DNA of 64,000 nt from Octopus vulgaris. Taxonomy: Eukaryota. Shown here piece by piece: positions 58,396-64,000 of the stretch; within the stretch, counting starts at the first letter, position 1, and the number at the start of each line of letters is the position of its first letter. Where the stretch lies: NCBI GenBank assembly GCA_951406725.2, contig OX597837.1, forward strand, positions 5,394,001-5,458,000, written 5' to 3'. Position numbers and translations under genes: made by a program. Below the pieces are notes generated by a model. The model searched no databases. It saw only the letters and a list, made by a program, of their open reading frames with translations, and was not told the DNA's origin.

Positions 58396-59258
58396 TACAA
58401 AGTGCGTGGACATGTTCCATTTATCACTGATACATAATCAACGATTCATTTATCACGGATCCATTTATCATTGTGTTCCTTCGGAAACCACCTCCATCTC
58501 CATGATAAATGACAAAATTGTACCAATACAGGATGCATGATGAAAAGAGACAGGGTTGTCGTGACTGGAACGCTTATTGATCATGCACTAATTCCGTCGC
58601 AACCGATCGATCGACTTGAGATTAAATATCCATTTTTAAATGCTTTTTTTTATGTAGTTATTACACTGTCAAGATAATTTCTAATTGAGATTGAGAAATA
58701 ATCGAAGAATTTTCCAGAAAAAAGGAGAGGCGGGCAATTTGTCAATTTGTTATCGATGGTTCATTATGAAATTATGGATAATATTGACATTGTAAATATT
58801 TATACCCGGGATCAAATGATGCTATGCACCATATCCTCTCGTTAATGAGAATTTTTCTGTTTTTTTTTCTTTAAATTTTAAAAACATTACTCCATATTTT
58901 TATATCTTGCTGTTTTTATTTATTTATGCATATGGTTATTTTTTTTTATTTTGTAATTTGAGAACCCAATATTTTTTTTAAAAATTTTTTCATTGTTTTG
59001 TTACAGAATTCCTTCACCTAAAATTTATAGCGAAAGAATTTGGAAAAAAAATATCATATTTTCTCTTTATTTCATTTAATTTTTAGAATTTCTTTTTGTT
59101 AATATCCCTTGCGCGCTCACATTATTCCGCTCTTCTTTCGTTTTCCTTTCATTCTTTCTTTCTTTCTTTCTTTCTTTCTATCACTCCTTATTTCTTCCAC
59201 TCTTCCTTTCTTCAACTCTTTCTTTCTCTCTTTCTCTCTCTTTCTCTCCCTTTCTTTC

Positions 59259-59327
<69 letters not shown>

Positions 59328-59966
59328 AAGTTCTACTTTTCCTTTATTCTTTGTCTTCGTTACGTTTTCTGTTGTTTTTCCCTTCTTTTTCCCAGCATTA
59401 TTTTCATTTACTCATTTTTTCCTTAAATTCTTATGCCACGCCCTCCACCCACAATATTTTCTTAATCTTTTTCATCCTCCTTATATACTTTTCTCTTTTA
59501 TTTTCTCCTAACATTTCTGTCTTCTTCCTTCATTTCTTTCCCCAAACCTCATTATTCTCTATATATTCCCTTCCTATTATTTCTCAACAGCCTCCTCAAC
59601 CTCCTCCCCCTCCTCCTCCTTAGTCAGCCATTAATCCTCATCACTCATCCCTCACCGTCATTAAAATAATTTCTTTGAAAGTCACAAGATCACAGATATT
59701 GGGTGTAAGCTACAGTCGATTAAATCACTTTCACTATTTGATTGGTAATTTATTTTAATCGATGCTCACATATTGATTTTAATTTTTTTATTCTCGACCT
59801 CTAGAACTCACAAGGCCGGTTGCCCAGTTTTCGCGCAGAATATGTTATCTCAATCACAAAATTCCCCGTAAACGAGAAGGCGGCCTGTCGCAGGGTTCAA
59901 GGCCTACAAATTCGAAGGGAGGGGACAAATCGATAATATTCACTGGTACTTTGATTTATCTCGCGT

Positions 59967-60797
59967 CCAGAAAAATCACCGTAAGAAATTTCGCCATAAG
60001 GCAAATTCGTCAAAAGACAAACTCGCTAAAAGACAAATTCACCGAAACACACATTCGCCGTAAGACAAATTTACCAAAAGACATATTCGCCGCAAAGCAA
60101 ATTCGCTGATAGACAAATTCGTCAAAATGCAAATTCACCAAAAGACAAATTCGTCAAAATGCAAATTCACCAAAAGACAAATTCACCGAAATACAAATTC
60201 GCAGTAAGACAAATTTACCAAAAGACATTTGCCGCAAAGCAAATTCGCCATAAGACAAATTCGTCAAAAGACAAACTCACCAAAAAACAAATTCCCCGAA
60301 GCACAAATTCACCGTAAGACAAATTTACCAAAAGACATTTGCCGCAAAGCAAATTCGCCATAAGACAAATTCGTCAAAAGACAAACTCACCAAAAAACAA
60401 ATTCCCCGAAGCACAAATTCACCGTAAGACAAATTTACCAAAAGGCATATTCGCCGCGAAGCAAATTCGCCGAAAGACAAATTCGTCAAAAGACAAACTC
60501 ACCAAAAGACAAATTCACCGAAACACAAATTCGCCGTAAGACAAATTCACCAAAAATAAATCCGCTGCAAAGCAAATTCGCCGAAAGACAAATTTGCATA
60601 ATGGACAATGATGAACCGTACCATATCAACATTTTTTAAAACAAAAGAATGATGAATGGTTTTATAAGAGCATTGGATATGTAAGTCTGTACTCGACGTC
60701 AAACGTAAAAAAAAACCCCGTGATAAGGTCATTTAAAAGGAAATTTTTTACGGCAAATTTTCCTACGGCAAAAATATTTCCGGCGAAATTTTCAGTC
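59967..60797. mobile_element. Foldback-type (MULE/Phantom-like) DNA element with ends made of 16-bp tandem repeats
   Basis: Left array of CAAATTCRCCRWAAGA-like units (about 59970-60598); related units in inverted orientation at 60739-60795 (TACGGCAAATTTTCC, CCGGCGAAATTTTC). Family assignment is inference. Confidence 0.6.
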
Positions 60798-61414
60798 ATT
60801 AATGTATTCTGAAGGAATGAAAAGCAAATTTGACCCAGGCGGAATTTGAACATAAAGAGCGGGAAGAAATCTTGTTGAGCATTTTGCCTGACGCGCTGAT
60901 GATTTTGCAAGTTTCCCATCTTTATTGATTTCTTACATACAAACAAATTCACACATTTTAGCGAGAGGAAATAACAAATTACAATTAACCAATATTTAAT
61001 GGGATTTTATTTAATCGATCGCGTAAAGATTAAAACAGCATTAACCTCAGAACGGAAAGGTTTCCAAGTGAATTCGATATCTCACTATTTGGTTCAGGGG
61101 TTCTCCACTTTGTTGCAATATAGAACAGTTGCAATTAGTTGTGCCTTGGTGTGGCGCTACTGTCGGAAGATGTCCCGGTTTTCTGGTCAGTTCCTGGAAC
61201 AGAAAATGAAAGTATCTCCTCCGACCTTTTAGAAGCTACTAGTGATAATAACTCCTGTTACTTTTGCTGTTCTGTTGATAATAGCATATCTTTCTCGTCT
61301 GCGCAGGAAAAAAATAAACTGAAATGATCTTTACTGCCAAGATTATAACAGTTTGTCTTTCTTCCATGAATAAATGACATCAACAATTTCTCTCAGACCC
61401 TGAACAGAGCACAA

Positions 61415-61830
61415 TTCTGTGGCTATGGTTCCGGGTTCAGTCCCACCGCGTTGCATCTTGGGCATGTGTCTTATACTATAGCGTCGGGCCGACCAAAGAC
61501 TTGTGACTGGATTTGGTAGACGGAAACTGAAAGAAGCCCGACGTATATATGTATATGTATGTATGTATGTATATATATATATATAAGTGTGTGTGCGTGT
61601 GCGTATGTGTGTGTGTTTGTGTGTCTGTGTTTGTCCCCCCGACATCGCTTGACAACCGATGCTGGTGTGTTTACGTCCCCGTAACTTAGCGGTTCGGTAA
61701 AAGGGAGACCGATAAAGTAAGTACTAGGCTTACAAAGAATAAGTCCTTGGGGTCGATTTGCTCGACTAATGGCGGTGCTCCAGAATGACCACAGTCAAAT
61801 GACTGAAACAAGCGAAAGAGAGAAAAAAGA
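61415..61830 (+). mobile_element. SINE family A
   Basis: Match to 7948-8347. Confidence 0.85.
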
Positions 61831-62459
61831 GAGTATGTGAAACTACAGAATTACCCTAATTTGGAAAATAAATCTGTGTATGTGTGTAATTGCTAATACT
61901 GTTGAAATTTCTATGACTATTTTTTTTGGCGGGGGGGTTATGAAAGATCGTTGACAAATTTGTTCTCATTAGTATCAATAACCATAAAAACATCAATATT
62001 TTTTGTTTCAACATATGTGTACACAGCAGTACAGATGTTTTTAAACTAATTCTTTCGTCTTGGTTATTTGTTAATATCGTGTCAAATCTGTCTATTTTCT
62101 TTCTGAAGGAGAGAAGTGTAGTCTGCATATCGCACCAACATTTTGTTGTGAATGGATGCACGTTCCATCAAAAGTGCTTGAAATATCTTTTTTCGGTCAA
62201 ACTTGGTAAAAAAAAAAAGCAGCCTCAAAAGATCGTTCAAATATATTTCTCACCTTCCTTTGTTATATATGGTTCTACGCCATTCGAAAACTATGGTGAA
62301 AAAGAAAACAGACAAAAAGACAAAAATAAAACGAAAGAAAACAAATCAGTTTTTGGAAAAAAATAATCCACACACGGGAGCAATGAATAACACGTTTCGG
62401 AAAGACAAGGAACAACAACATCAACAACAAAAGTAACAACGAGGGTGACATAAGCGTCA

Positions 62460-64000
<1,541 letters not shown>

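Noticed and set aside
59970-60600. CRISPR-like look of the regular CAAATTC repeats
   Set aside because: Contiguous 16-bp monomers with no unique spacers, no cas genes, eukaryotic context.

Overview
AT-rich, gene-poor eukaryotic DNA dominated by microsatellites ((TA)n, (TATC)n, (TATG)n, (CA)n, (AAT)n, (TTTC)n) and decayed transposons. The repeat landscape (tRNA-derived CORE-like and Nin-like SINEs, R4/Dong, HERO and Tx1 LINE fragments, mariners, Helitrons) looks like a coleoid cephalopod (Octopus-like) genome; this is an inference. I can support no intact host protein-coding gene, and nearly all ORFs in the track are translated microsatellite. Real coding remnants: a Tx1/L1 zf-RVT C-terminus, a Helitron Pif1-helicase fragment, RT and RLE fragments, mariner and pogo fragments. 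The most notable feature is 33905-35883, a near-identical 362-bp tandem array plus one inverted copy. Each full unit carries a minimal type I hammerhead ribozyme with a compensated U3-A8 core (UUGAAAA instead of CUGAnGA) and a palindromic stem III, i.e. a candidate young Penelope-dependent retrozyme that standard motif searches would miss. Several other hammerhead-like motifs of different sequence are scattered through the window. Coordinates were read by eye; SINE and fragment boundaries are approximate.
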